Shown: positions 46,448 through 56,607 of the stretch, piece after piece | Layout of the letters: every line of letters starts with the position of its first letter | Numbering within the stretch: the first letter of the stretch is position 1 | Origin: Deltaproteobacteria bacterium | GTDB taxonomy: Bacteria > Desulfobacterota > Syntrophia > Syntrophales > Smithellaceae | Direction: 5' to 3' | Assembly: GCA_025361065.1 (NCBI GenBank) | Contig: JANYAY010000169.1 | Coordinates: forward strand, 1-59,698 | DNA: 59,698 nucleotides | Position numbers and translations under genes: made by a program | The notes under the pieces: model-generated | What the model was told of the DNA's origin: nothing | Database searches by the model: none | What the model saw: the letters and a program-made list of their open reading frames with translations, nothing else

Positions 46448-47824
46448 TTGATGAAATCCAATATTTTAGTAATTGACGACGACGCCGTTGCTTGTGAGTT
46501 TCTGCAGGAAGCTCTCTCCCGCGAAGGCTATGCAGTGGTCACTTATACATCCGCCCTGGAAGCCTTGCAGCAGGACCTTTCGAGCTATGATTTGCTGATG
46601 TCTGATATACGTATGCCCGGCATGGACGGATTGCAATTATTGAGTGCCGTGCAAAAAAAATGGCCGAATTTGCCGGTAATTCTGATGACGGCTTATGGAT
46701 CCCTGGAAACCACAATGGAAGCGATAAGTCTCGGCGCCTGGGATTATATCAGCAAGCCCTTTTCTCCGGATGACTGCCGGGCCATTGTCAAAAAGGTTCT
46801 GGAAGTCAGGGAATTACGGGAGCGACGCCTCAAATTGGACTTACCGGAAGCAGGCGAAGGGCCGAAATTGATCGGTTCCTCAGCGGCAATGGTGGAATTT
46901 TATAAACAGATCGCCCGCGTTACCGATGCCCAGGCCAGCGTTTTAGTTGAAGGTGAAAGCGGCACCGGCAAAGAATTAACCGCCCGGTCTCTGCATAATA
47001 TGTCTTCGCGCCGCGACAAGCCTTTTGTCGTGGTTCACTGCGGGGCTATTCCCGATAATTTACTGGAATCCGAGCTCTTCGGCTATGAGAAAGGATCATT
47101 TACCGGAGCCGATCATCAGCACGTAGGATTGCTGGAGTCGGCCCAGGGCGGCACAATTTTTCTCGATGAAATAACCGAAATGTCCACCGCCCTGCAGGGA
47201 AAGTTTTTGCGCTTCATGCAGAATGGCGAAGTCAGAAGAATCGGCGGTCACGATGTGCGCCATGCTGCAGTAAGGGTAGTGGCGGCAGCCAATAAAGATA
47301 TCGATGAAGAAGTGAGCCAGGGCCGTTTCCGTCTTGATTTGCTTTATCGGTTTATTGTGCGGCTGCGCATTCCGCCGTTGCGTGAGCATACGGAAGATAT
47401 TCCGCTGCTCATCGAGTCCATGTTGAAAAAATTCGGTTATCCCGGAGTACGCATTTCTGTGGAAGCTATGGAATTGTTGATGGCCTATTCCTGGCCGGGC
47501 AATGTCCGGGAGGTGGAAAATGTTCTGCAGCAAACGCTGCTTCTTTCACCTTTTGTGGTAGTTTTGCCGGAAAATTTGCCGCAGCGTTTCGCGCGGCAGA
47601 AAGAAAGTAAGGAAAACATAAATCTGCCGGACATGACTCCGCTGGAGGAAGCGGAAAGAGACAAGATTTTGCAGACGATGAAGGCGGTTTCCTGGAATCA
47701 ATCTAAAGCCGCAAATCTTCTGGGCATTGACCGCAAAACATTGCGTCTGAAAATTCGCCGTTATGGTTTGTTGGAGGAAAATCTTCCAACAGGCGCCGGT
47801 TTATCTTCTTTCGAAAACAGTTAG
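46448..47824 (+). CDS. Sigma54-dependent response regulator (NtrC/ZraR family)
   Basis: REC domain (DD, SDIRMP, KPF); GESGTGKE; ESELFG..KGSFTGA; Fis-type HTH. Confidence 0.93.
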   Translation: MMKSNILVIDDDAVACEFLQEALSREGYAVVTYTSALEALQQDLSSYDLLMSDIRMPGMDGLQLLSAVQKKWPNLPVILMTAYGSLETTMEAISLGAWDYISKPFSPDDCRAIVKKVLEVRELRERRLKLDLPEAGEGPKLIGSSAAMVEFYKQIARVTDAQASVLVEGESGTGKELTARSLHNMSSRRDKPFVVVHCGAIPDNLLESELFGYEKGSFTGADHQHVGLLESAQGGTIFLDEITEMSTALQGKFLRFMQNGEVRRIGGHDVRHAAVRVVAAANKDIDEEVSQGRFRLDLLYRFIVRLRIPPLREHTEDIPLLIESMLKKFGYPGVRISVEAMELLMAYSWPGNVREVENVLQQTLLLSPFVVVLPENLPQRFARQKESKENINLPDMTPLEEAERDKILQTMKAVSWNQSKAANLLGIDRKTLRLKIRRYGLLEENLPTGAGLSSFENS

Positions 47825-47845
47825 TTTACTTATAAGCCGTCTTAC

Positions 47846-49393
47846 CTAAGGCCGCTCCCCGTCGTCCGATACCGGCAGATAAAGGGTAATGGAAGTTCCC
47901 CCGACCTGTGAACTCTTAATTTCCATTTTACCGCCATGAGCTTTAACAATATCCCGGACAATAGCCAGACCCAGTCCGCGCATGCCCTCGTTCTTGTGTG
48001 AGCTGTAAAATGGTTCGCAGGCCTTATTCAGCATTTCCGGAGACATCCCGGAGCCTGTGTCCCCGACTGTTATTGATACCATCCGCAGTTCCGGCAGGGC
48101 CCGAGCAGTAATAGTTATTTTTCCGCCCGCCGGCATTGCTTCGAGAGAGTTTTGAATAATATTAAACAGAGCTGTCTGGATGCGGTAACGATCGAGATAT
48201 AATGGCGTAATGTTGGCATCAATATCTACATCCATCGTAATATTAGTTTTCTGCATCAGCGGTTCCACTAACGGTAATGTTTCATTTAAGATTTTCTGAA
48301 TGGTCAGAATCTCAAAGTGCGGTTCCGGTAATCGTGTCGCCCGACGGACATTTTGAATAACATTATCCAGCCTTTGAGTCTGCTGAACAATCAGCTGCAG
48401 CTTGTGGGCTACATCCGGCGGCCAGCCTTCCCTCTCCAGCAAAAGATTGGCGAGACCGCCGATGGAATGCAGAGGTGTACCTAAATCGTGGGCAAGATTG
48501 GCAGTTAAATGCCCCAAGGCCGTTAACTGTTTTAAATCATCAACTTGTTTTTGCAGTTGAACTACCTTGAGAGTTTCTTCTTTAACCCGGTATTCCAGAT
48601 GCCTTGTTAAATCCAAATTACTGGCCATTACCTGCTGAATTTCCGTGGCCATCATGTTGAAATGTTCAGCTAACTGCCCCCATTCATCCCGCCGGACAAT
48701 GGGAATACGTTGGACGTATTGTCCCTTTTGGAATTCGTCAATTGTATCAATGATGAGCTGCAGTGGCCTGCCGATAATCCAGCCATAACTTAAGCCCAGT
48801 ACCAGCAGAATAACCAGCAATAAACCGGCACTGCTCAAGATCAGAAGCTGGTTGGCGCGGGCCATAATTTCAGCATTGGCGCGGGAAAAGCCGATGATGG
48901 CTACAACAATGCGGGAATCTTTCGTTTCCCCTGATACCGGATATATCAGACCCAGCGCCGGCCCGCCTTCAGTTGTTATTTTAACATAACGCGGGGTATT
49001 CTTTTCCGTAACCTGGGCAATAATGTTATCCGGCCATTCGTATTGAACGCGACTGGCGCCGGCAATATAATCAACATTGCCGCGACTGACATCGAAAATG
49101 TCTATGCGTGCCAGACGCACATCTGATTGCACATGATCTTTCATTGCGGAATCGAGTGCGGCCAGTCCTCTCTTGGTAGGAAAATTCGAATAAAAGGTGC
49201 TCACCGTTTCGGCTACACCTTCGAGTCTCTTGCCCTGCTGTTCAACAAGGATTCTATCGAGTGCGGTCAGTTGGATAAATCCCCAGATGGCCATAGTTAC
49301 TGCAAGGCCGGCAATGGTTAAAGTGATTAACCTTGCCCGTACGGTAACATTATCATTATACACAACAATGTTATGGAGAAGTTTTTTCAGCAT
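47846..49393 (-). CDS. Membrane sensor histidine kinase (periplasmic sensor, HAMP, HisKA, HATPase)
   Basis: Two TMs; DEWGQLAEHFN (HAMP); AHDLGTPL; NIIQNSLEA; DTGSG; GLGL. Confidence 0.92.
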   Translation of the reverse strand: MLKKLLHNIVVYNDNVTVRARLITLTIAGLAVTMAIWGFIQLTALDRILVEQQGKRLEGVAETVSTFYSNFPTKRGLAALDSAMKDHVQSDVRLARIDIFDVSRGNVDYIAGASRVQYEWPDNIIAQVTEKNTPRYVKITTEGGPALGLIYPVSGETKDSRIVVAIIGFSRANAEIMARANQLLILSSAGLLLVILLVLGLSYGWIIGRPLQLIIDTIDEFQKGQYVQRIPIVRRDEWGQLAEHFNMMATEIQQVMASNLDLTRHLEYRVKEETLKVVQLQKQVDDLKQLTALGHLTANLAHDLGTPLHSIGGLANLLLEREGWPPDVAHKLQLIVQQTQRLDNVIQNVRRATRLPEPHFEILTIQKILNETLPLVEPLMQKTNITMDVDIDANITPLYLDRYRIQTALFNIIQNSLEAMPAGGKITITARALPELRMVSITVGDTGSGMSPEMLNKACEPFYSSHKNEGMRGLGLAIVRDIVKAHGGKMEIKSSQVGGTSITLYLPVSDDGERP

Positions 49394-49441
49394 AAGCGCC
49401 GGTAATATATCAGAAAGAAAAAAAATTAACTAGAAGGGAAT

Positions 49442-49473
49442 AAAAAAAGGACAGGGGTCACCTGTCCTTTTTT
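49442..49473 (-). terminator. Intrinsic terminator
   Basis: AAAAAAAGGACAGG-ggtca-CCTGTCCTTTTTT. Confidence 0.8.
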
Positions 49474-49498
49474 CATTTTGCATAAGCTGATAATAAAC

Positions 49499-49747
49499 TT
49501 ATTTTGCTGCCGGTGCTGCTTTGGCGGCGTCTTCAACTTTTTCTTCAGCTTTCTTTGCGTCTTTCTTTACTTTCTTTGCTGCTTTCTTGGTGCTTTTCTT
49601 TACTTTCTTTTCGGCTTTCTCTGCGTCCGCTTTCACTTCAACCTTTGCAGCCTCTGCTGCGGGTGCTACTGCGGCCTTCTCAGCTGCCATTACGGTGGTG
49701 CTAAATGCAAAAACCAATGCTACAACGAACAATGCTAAACGCTTCAT
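49499..49747 (-). CDS. Small secreted Ala/Lys-rich low-complexity protein
   Basis: AAGGAGG RBS; signal peptide ending VMA-A; KKVKKSTKKAAKKVKK. Confidence 0.75.
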   Translation of the reverse strand: MKRLALFVVALVFAFSTTVMAAEKAAVAPAAEAAKVEVKADAEKAEKKVKKSTKKAAKKVKKDAKKAEEKVEDAAKAAPAAK

Positions 49748-49838
49748 CTTAAAATCCTCCTTCTAAATTTTTGTTTTTATTACTACCCTTAATAATATTT
49801 TAAGGGATTCCACATTAATTAAGCTACCAACAAAAACC

Positions 49839-50225
49839 CTACTTTTTCCCTGACGCCGATTGCTCGGGGACATTTTCTTTTTTAACCGCTTTTTTAGGAA
49901 TTATTTTGGCCACCCGGGAAGCCAATAAAGCACCGTCTTTTTCAATATAAGCTATCTTCACGGCATCATTGACAGCGATGTTTTCTGCGGGTTTGTCGAG
50001 AACAAATTCCATGGTTTCCACATTATTTTTAACTTTGCGTTCAATCTTAATCGTTTTGTCCGAAATCTCGACAACCTTTCCGGTGGCATTCATTTTAGCA
50101 ATTCTTACGGGACTGACCTTAACCTGATCGGCAGCGGCCGCAGTGGAAGCGGGTTTATCGGCAGCAAATGCTATTGCTGATAATAAAAAAGCTGCGCCAA
50201 TTATATATACCAAAGCTTTTTTCAT
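49839..50225 (-). CDS. Small secreted protein (OB-fold-like core)
   Basis: GGAGG RBS; signal peptide AFA-A; ATGKVVEI...ITI-like strands and VNDAVKIAY. Confidence 0.72.
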   Translation of the reverse strand: MKKALVYIIGAAFLLSAIAFAADKPASTAAAADQVKVSPVRIAKMNATGKVVEISDKTIKIERKVKNNVETMEFVLDKPAENIAVNDAVKIAYIEKDGALLASRVAKIIPKKAVKKENVPEQSASGKK

Positions 50226-50259
50226 TCCCTGCTACCTCCGTGAATTTCAGAAGGGTATT

Positions 50260-50276
50260 AGCAATCTATATGCCAA
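50260..50276 (-). promoter_or_regulatory. Sigma54 (-24/-12) promoter
   Basis: Minus strand TTGGCATATAGATTGCT (GG-N10-GC), 35 bp before the ATG at 50225. Confidence 0.82.
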
Positions 50277-50369
50277 CCTGATAAATGTTTCCAATCTCTC
50301 TTATGTTGTTGAAATTGTTTACTATGATATTTTACTTTATTTTATCTGCTTTCTTTTCCCGCCATAAGA

Positions 50370-50406
50370 GGGGAATTATTCCCCACCGGGTGGGGAATAA
50401 TTCAAC
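50370..50406. promoter_or_regulatory. Tandem enhancer (UAS) sites for a sigma54 activator
   Basis: GGGGAATTATTCCCC (50370-50384) and GGGGAATAATTCAAC (50392-50406); 22-bp period; about 95-130 bp upstream of the sigma54 promoter. Confidence 0.7.
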
Positions 50407-50536
50407 AGCAGGATGATTGTTATCCGTTAATTGATCTCCTTTAAGATTGTGAGAATTCTCCTGCAGCATTTTTGATAGATTGACCGGATCAGCTTTTTCA
50501 TGTTATTCCGACGCAACTTTTGATAAGGGAAAGCAA

Positions 50537-51886
50537 ATGCTGCGGGAAAAGAAAATGTCTTTTGATATCATCGTAGTTGGCGGTGGCGCCGCAGGCCTCA
50601 TGGCCGCAGGACGGGCCGGTCAGCTCGGGGCTAAAGTATTGCTTCTGGAAAAGACGGACGGCTGCGGTAAAAAAATCCTGGTCAGCGGGAAAACGCGCTG
50701 CAACCTGACCAACGATGCCGAATTGCAGAATTTCATTGCCATGTATGGCGTAAACGGCCGTTTTCTCTACAATGCTTTTCATCATTTCTTCCGCCCCGAG
50801 TTACTGAGTTTCTTTGCGGGTTATGGCGTTGAGGCCAAACTGGAAAGAGGAGGCCGGATTTTTCCTGTCTCTGATGATGCCCATGATGTTGTGCGAGCAC
50901 TGGAACATTACCGCGACGACCATAAAGTGCAGACGGAATTAAATGCTAAAGTAACCACAATCGCCCAGGGGGAAAATGGATCTTTTGCAGTTCAAACTTC
51001 CCGGGGCAATTATTCGGCAAATTCCGTAATTTTAGCAACGGGAGGAGCTTCCTGGCCGCAAACAGGGTCGACAGGCGATGGTTATAAGATCAGCGCCGCA
51101 TTGGGACACAATATTACAGCCCTGAAGCCGGCGCTGGTGCCACTGATAGTTGAGGAAATAGATCTGGCCAAATCTATGCAGGGAGTAAGCCTGCGCAATA
51201 TCCGGGCCACAGCTTTTCAGGGCAAGGCCCGGGAGATTGATGCACAGTTGACGCCGCAGGTCAACTATGGCCGCGGCGAGAAAAAATTACCCCATGCACC
51301 GGTCATCGAAAGCCGTTTCGGGGAAATGCTCTTTACCCACTTTGGCCTGGGTGGACCGATTATTCTGCTGATGAGCCTGGCCGTTGTGGAAGCGCTGGAA
51401 AATGGTCCGGTATCAATATTGATTGATTTAAAACCGGCACTCCGGCGCGAACAGCTCCGCGGACGACTGCAAAAAGATTTTGACAATTACGGCAAAAGAA
51501 AAATAGGCAGCATTATTCAGGAATATCTGCCCGGCAAAATGATTGAGCCCTTTGTTGCTCTCGCCGGTATTGATCCGGAAAAACAGGCGCATCAGATTAA
51601 TGGCCCGGAAAAAGAGATGATTATCGAACAACTGAAAGCTTTGCGCTTTAATATAAAGTCCGCATTGCCTTTGGCCCGCGCCATAGTTACCGCCGGCGGT
51701 GTGGAACTTCGCGAAATTGATCCCCGGACAATGGCTTCCAAATTAATCCCGGGAGTTTACTTTTGCGGTGAAATCATCGATATCGACGCCGATACCGGCG
51801 GCTACAATTTGCAGGCCGCATTTTCGACAGGATATATGGCCGGTGAAAGCGCTGCTAAATACATAGCATCGTTCGCCGGTGAATAA
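50537..51886 (+). CDS. HI0933/YhiN (BaiN-like) flavoprotein
   Basis: GGGAAGLMAA, GKKILVSGKTRCNLTN, ATGG.SWP.TGSTGDG, TAGGV, GGYNLQAAFSTG. Start 50537 or 50555. Confidence 0.9.
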   Translation: MLREKKMSFDIIVVGGGAAGLMAAGRAGQLGAKVLLLEKTDGCGKKILVSGKTRCNLTNDAELQNFIAMYGVNGRFLYNAFHHFFRPELLSFFAGYGVEAKLERGGRIFPVSDDAHDVVRALEHYRDDHKVQTELNAKVTTIAQGENGSFAVQTSRGNYSANSVILATGGASWPQTGSTGDGYKISAALGHNITALKPALVPLIVEEIDLAKSMQGVSLRNIRATAFQGKAREIDAQLTPQVNYGRGEKKLPHAPVIESRFGEMLFTHFGLGGPIILLMSLAVVEALENGPVSILIDLKPALRREQLRGRLQKDFDNYGKRKIGSIIQEYLPGKMIEPFVALAGIDPEKQAHQINGPEKEMIIEQLKALRFNIKSALPLARAIVTAGGVELREIDPRTMASKLIPGVYFCGEIIDIDADTGGYNLQAAFSTGYMAGESAAKYIASFAGE

Positions 51887-51972
51887 TGTTGCACTGTGAA
51901 CCGGTGTCCTAGATGATTGAATTTATCAGCTGTAGCGGCGACGCTCTAAACCATTGTTATTGCCCGGCATGA

Positions 51973-52154
51973 ATAATGTGTCATAATTACTATTTTTGTT
52001 CTTCCATGTCCTCCGCTGGCGGAGGTGGATAAATTACGTCAAATCAATAACTTATTAACATTAGGGCCATATTAACGCGTCCACCCCCTTAATCCCCCGC
52101 CGGCGGGGGACATCACGTGTGAAGCCCAATCGCTACCTGTCATTACGACACAGT
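51973..52154 (+). mobile_element. Family B MITE (degenerate) with GTCCTCCGCTGGCGGAGG-type REP cargo
   Basis: TGTGTCATAAT ... ATTACGACACAGT; flanked by TGCCCGG / CCGGGCA; cargo related to 59558-59698. Confidence 0.7.
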
Positions 52155-52201
52155 TCTTCTTACCGGGCAACCTGCTTATTTCTCCGAATTGCCTTCTCCC
52201 G

Positions 52202-53563
52202 TCAGCCGTCGATTAATGGTAACAGGATTTCACTCAATGTCGGATGAGGAATAACCCAGCCCTTGAGTTGCTTTCTTGTCAGTTCATTGGATACCGCGAG
52301 GGTCAAGGGAACGATGAGATCCGCGGCGTGATCACCGGCAATAGTTGCGCCGATGATTTTATCCCGGCAAAAGATGGCTTTCACAAAACCCTGCCCCATA
52401 AGTTCAGCACGGGCAATAATATTAGCGCTGTAACTGGATTTAACAACTTCAATCGCTAAACCTTCGGCCTCGGCCTGCTTTGCAGTCAGCCCCACGCGGG
52501 CAATTTGGGGATGGCTATAGACGGCGGAAGGGATATGGCGTTCATTATACGGCGGCGCCTCATACCGGCAAATATTTGCCGCGGCGACTTTTCCCTGCTG
52601 TGTGGCCCGATGGGCAAGCATCATCCCGCCGGTTATATCGCCTACGGCATAAATGCCCGGCACAGTGGTCATCATATTTTTATTAACTTTTATCCCCATG
52701 CGGTCATAAGCGATACCGCAATTTATTAACTCGGCTTCCAACAATTGCGGCTTCCGGCCGGTGCAAAGCAAAACATAATCGGCATTCCATTCCAATTGTT
52801 CAGATTTCTTTTGCGCCTGGATGGCGACACCGCTGTCCGTTTCTTTAAGGCCGGTAAGCCCGGTCGAGTTATGGACGGCAATACCGACACGGGCTAATTC
52901 CTGCTGCAAAAAGCCTGAAGCTTCTTCGTCTTCCTGCGGCAAAATATTATCCAATAGTTCTATTAAAGTCACCTGTGCGCCTAATTGTGCAAAAAATGTT
53001 GCAAATTCTATTCCGATGAAACTGCCGCCGACAATGACAATGCTCCGAGGAAGAGCCTGGAGATTCAAAATGCCGTCGGAAGTAAGAATGCGCGACGAGA
53101 TCTTGATGCCGGGGATAACCTGCGGCTCGGAACCCCAGGCGACAACGATGTTGTCGGTAGAGATAATTTGAGTTTGGCCTGATTGATCGGAAAATTTTAC
53201 TTCCTGCGGTGAAAGAATTTCACCCGTCCCCACTTTTGTTTCCACCCCGGCATCTTCGAGCGTTTTTTGAGCGCCCAGCGCCGCAACTTTTACTATTTGC
53301 TGCTGATGCTTTTTTATGGCGGAAAAATCAAAGGTGGCGGACGCAAGATTGATTCCTAATCTTTTGAGTTTTTTTAAATCTGCATAATATTTGCTGCAGG
53401 TAAGCAGAGCTTTAGTGGGAATGCAGCCTTTATGCGTGCAGGTGCCGCCCCAACCGGTTTTCTCAATAATCAGCGCGCGCTTCCCGGCTCCCGCCGCCAA
53501 TTTTGCCGCTTCCAGACCTCCCGGCCCCCCGCCGACAACAATCACATCATACTTATCCGGCAT
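52202..53563 (-). CDS. lpdA: Dihydrolipoyl dehydrogenase
   Basis: GGGPGG, GGTCTHKGCIPTK redox disulfide, GDITGGMMLAH, HPTLSE. Confidence 0.88.
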   Translation of the reverse strand: MPDKYDVIVVGGGPGGLEAAKLAAGAGKRALIIEKTGWGGTCTHKGCIPTKALLTCSKYYADLKKLKRLGINLASATFDFSAIKKHQQQIVKVAALGAQKTLEDAGVETKVGTGEILSPQEVKFSDQSGQTQIISTDNIVVAWGSEPQVIPGIKISSRILTSDGILNLQALPRSIVIVGGSFIGIEFATFFAQLGAQVTLIELLDNILPQEDEEASGFLQQELARVGIAVHNSTGLTGLKETDSGVAIQAQKKSEQLEWNADYVLLCTGRKPQLLEAELINCGIAYDRMGIKVNKNMMTTVPGIYAVGDITGGMMLAHRATQQGKVAAANICRYEAPPYNERHIPSAVYSHPQIARVGLTAKQAEAEGLAIEVVKSSYSANIIARAELMGQGFVKAIFCRDKIIGATIAGDHAADLIVPLTLAVSNELTRKQLKGWVIPHPTLSEILLPLIDG

Positions 53564-53646
53564 GCTATACCACCCCTGATTTATTCAGCATTTCTTTCAG
53601 GATACTACATTACGGACAAAGAAACAATAATTACCGAAGCGTCAAT

Positions 53647-56160
53647 CTATTTGCCTCGCAGCGCCAGAGTCATATTGTTCACCAGTCGTTCCAGAGAGTC
53701 GGGGCCGGTGATTTTTCGTTTGTGCTGATCGGTGACGTAGAAAACATCCACCGCCCGGTCGTTTCGTGTCGACAGACGGGCGGAGACAACATTCACATTA
53801 TTTTCATGAAAACAGCGGGCAATCTTGTGCAGTAAACCAAAATTATCGGCGGTATCGATTTCAATAATTGTGTAAACCTGCGAATCGCCATTGTTGACTT
53901 GAATTTCTACTTTTTGGGCAGATTGTCCCAAACGCAGCACTGCGGGCGGATAAAGGGCAATGCGCTCGCCGGCCAATTCATCGGCAGTCGTCCTGCCCTC
54001 CTGAATTAATCCCCACTTGCGATAGATGTTGTTGATTCTTTTTTGTACCGTAATGCGCGGCCGCTCCGGCGGCTCGAGATGAAAAATGTCCAACACCTTG
54101 CCGTCGACAGTAGAATAAATACGAGCACTTAATATGTTGCAGCCTTCGGCGGCAATGCAGCCGATCACATCGCTTAAAAAACCGGCGCGGTCAACTGAAC
54201 AAACCGTAAGGCGCTCAAAACCGGTAAAAGATTCGTGGTGCAGTTGAAATCCCTTGCCGCCTATTTCGGCAAGCCATTGCTGATGCTTGATTCTGTCTTC
54301 GGGCATCGTATAATGCAGATAGGAGGGATCAGGAATTAACACCCCGGTTGGGAGCAAAGCAGGTTCCGGGGCGGCCTCAGGCTCCCGCAAAGCCTGCCCG
54401 ACACGATCATGCAATTGCTCCAGTTGGTATGCTTTCCATCCCGTCCAGGTATTCGGCCCCACACTGCGAATATCGGCAATCGTCAAAATATAAAGCATGT
54501 CCAGCATATCGGGGCTTGCCACTTCCCGCGCAAAGTGGCCGATATTATTGCTGTCGAGCTCTCGGAGCAAAGACAGATTCGACATGTCGAGATGATGGTA
54601 CACCAGAAACCGAACTTGTTCAGTTTGCGTTTCCGTCAATCCCAGGCGCTGGCAAATATTTTCCGCAATAACGGCTCCGTTTTGCACATGATCGCCTTCC
54701 TGAACTTTACCGATATCATGCAAAAGCACCGCCAAACGCAAAATCAACTTGTCCGATATGGAACGGCTGAGATCACAAATCCGGGGATCCTGATCATTAA
54801 TCATTTCATCACAGGTTAAGCAGGCCAGCAGGATATGCTGATCGAGCGTATATTCATGATATTGATCGTATTCTACCTTGCAGGTCAGGGCATCAAAGGG
54901 CGGCAGCAGTTTCCCCAGCAGGCCTGTTTCCTGCATTACCAGTAATAGCTGGCCGATTGCCGAAGGCCAGGCCAGGATCGCCAGAAACAAATCATCGACG
55001 ATCTTGGATTTAAATTCATCCGGATTGACGGCGTCAACCGCCTTCCGAATTCTGTTGCGCAACTCCACACTTAATGTCGCCTGACAGGTCAAGGCGCTTT
55101 GAAAGAGCTGAACAATCGAGTAACCCGTTTCCAGGCGGATATCTTTTTTATGCACCGGAAAAATGATGCCGTCGAGAAGGCCGATACCCGGTGCAATGGA
55201 GAGAGCGCTCACCCGTCTGCGCATGCTGCGCCACAGACTCTTGCCGGACAAATCTTTTTCCAGAAATGAAAGCAGCGACCAGCGGATGTCCCGCACGGTT
55301 TTAAAAAATTTTTCCATCAGGGCGCCGGCATCGTTTGGAGGGAAACCATAGCGCGAGGCAATTTCTTTTTGCAATCCTGTTTCCAGAACATCAATACGCA
55401 TACCGCAAATCAGATGCAGCTCTGTCCGCAGTCCGGCAAGATATGAATAATTTGCCGCAAATCTTTTTGTTTCGTTTTGGGAAAATCCCGACTTTGTATG
55501 GAGGTCGGCAATTTTTGAAATGCCGTTGTGGATGCGCTCCGCCCAGAGCAGACGTTGGCAATCACGCAGGGTGCAGATGCCGTTTTTGATGTCAGGTTCA
55601 ATCCGGTAAAGCGAATTTTCCGAAGAATAGAGACCTTCCCGCAAAGAAGCAGATATTTCTTCTAAGTAAGTCTTCTTGTTTTTTGCAAAATGCGGGCGGA
55701 TGCATTTGTTTTGCAACCTGTGGAAAAGATCACGATTACCGCAGACATAACGGGATTCCAGCATAGCGGTATCCGTCGCGAGGTCATCGCCGATTATCGC
55801 CGCGCATTCGTCTACTGTTCGCACAACTGAGCCCGGCGTGTAACCAATGTTCCATAAAATATGGACAAAATCGGTCAGTTTGGCTGAACGGTGCTTGTTT
55901 TCATGGAGCATCAGAACATCAATATCGGAGTAAGGCCAAAGCTCATTGCGGCCGTAGCCGCCCAGCGCCACTAAACAGAAGTCCCGGTCCGCTCCCCCGG
56001 CATCAATGATCCGGCTGTAAATTTCCCGCAATATTTTATCGGCATCGCGGCAATAGGCATGAATGGTTGCCAGCGGTGCATTCAATCTTTGTTTTGAGCC
56101 AAACCGGTTTTCGCGTCCCGAGATGACTTTTTCTTTATATTGAGAGATGAGTTTGTCCAA
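53647..56160 (-). CDS. glnD: [PII] uridylyltransferase / uridylyl-removing enzyme
   Basis: ALGGYGR..L.PYSDID; EPDIKNG...LRD; YHEYTLDQH; LLHDIGK (HD); two ACT domains. Confidence 0.9.
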   Translation of the reverse strand: MDKLISQYKEKVISGRENRFGSKQRLNAPLATIHAYCRDADKILREIYSRIIDAGGADRDFCLVALGGYGRNELWPYSDIDVLMLHENKHRSAKLTDFVHILWNIGYTPGSVVRTVDECAAIIGDDLATDTAMLESRYVCGNRDLFHRLQNKCIRPHFAKNKKTYLEEISASLREGLYSSENSLYRIEPDIKNGICTLRDCQRLLWAERIHNGISKIADLHTKSGFSQNETKRFAANYSYLAGLRTELHLICGMRIDVLETGLQKEIASRYGFPPNDAGALMEKFFKTVRDIRWSLLSFLEKDLSGKSLWRSMRRRVSALSIAPGIGLLDGIIFPVHKKDIRLETGYSIVQLFQSALTCQATLSVELRNRIRKAVDAVNPDEFKSKIVDDLFLAILAWPSAIGQLLLVMQETGLLGKLLPPFDALTCKVEYDQYHEYTLDQHILLACLTCDEMINDQDPRICDLSRSISDKLILRLAVLLHDIGKVQEGDHVQNGAVIAENICQRLGLTETQTEQVRFLVYHHLDMSNLSLLRELDSNNIGHFAREVASPDMLDMLYILTIADIRSVGPNTWTGWKAYQLEQLHDRVGQALREPEAAPEPALLPTGVLIPDPSYLHYTMPEDRIKHQQWLAEIGGKGFQLHHESFTGFERLTVCSVDRAGFLSDVIGCIAAEGCNILSARIYSTVDGKVLDIFHLEPPERPRITVQKRINNIYRKWGLIQEGRTTADELAGERIALYPPAVLRLGQSAQKVEIQVNNGDSQVYTIIEIDTADNFGLLHKIARCFHENNVNVVSARLSTRNDRAVDVFYVTDQHKRKITGPDSLERLVNNMTLALRGK

Positions 56161-56169
56161 AGCTTTCGA

Positions 56170-56517
56170 TTATATCGCCTCCGGCCCGCGTTCGCCCGTA
56201 CTGATGCGCATGACGTCCTCCAGCGGCAACATAAATATTTTCCCGTCGCCGATTTTTCCTTCGGACCCGGTGCGCGCCGCCTGAGCAATAGCTTTAATCG
56301 TCGGTTCAACAAATTTGTCGTCAACGGCAATTTCCAGTTTGACTTTGCGGATAAAATTTATGCGATATTCATGGCCGCGATATGATTCCGTATGCCCTTT
56401 TTGCCGCCCTACTCCCTGAACATCAGTTACGGTTAAACGAAAAACTTCGATATGACTTAAAGCTTCTTTAACAGCTTCCAGCCGCGTCGGTTGAATAACA
56501 GCAATGATATATTTCAT
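56170..56517 (-). CDS. glnK: PII nitrogen regulatory protein
   Basis: GRQKGHTESYRGHEY T-loop (Tyr51); GKIGDGKIF; linked to amtB. Confidence 0.92.
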   Translation of the reverse strand: MKYIIAVIQPTRLEAVKEALSHIEVFRLTVTDVQGVGRQKGHTESYRGHEYRINFIRKVKLEIAVDDKFVEPTIKAIAQAARTGSEGKIGDGKIFMLPLEDVMRISTGERGPEAI

Positions 56518-56607
56518 CTGAATTCCTCCTTATATTGTTGGAGTATATATTGTTTTACCTTATAATGCATGCTCTTGGGATTTCCCGCGAGCCTGCCCTG
56601 CTGCGGA

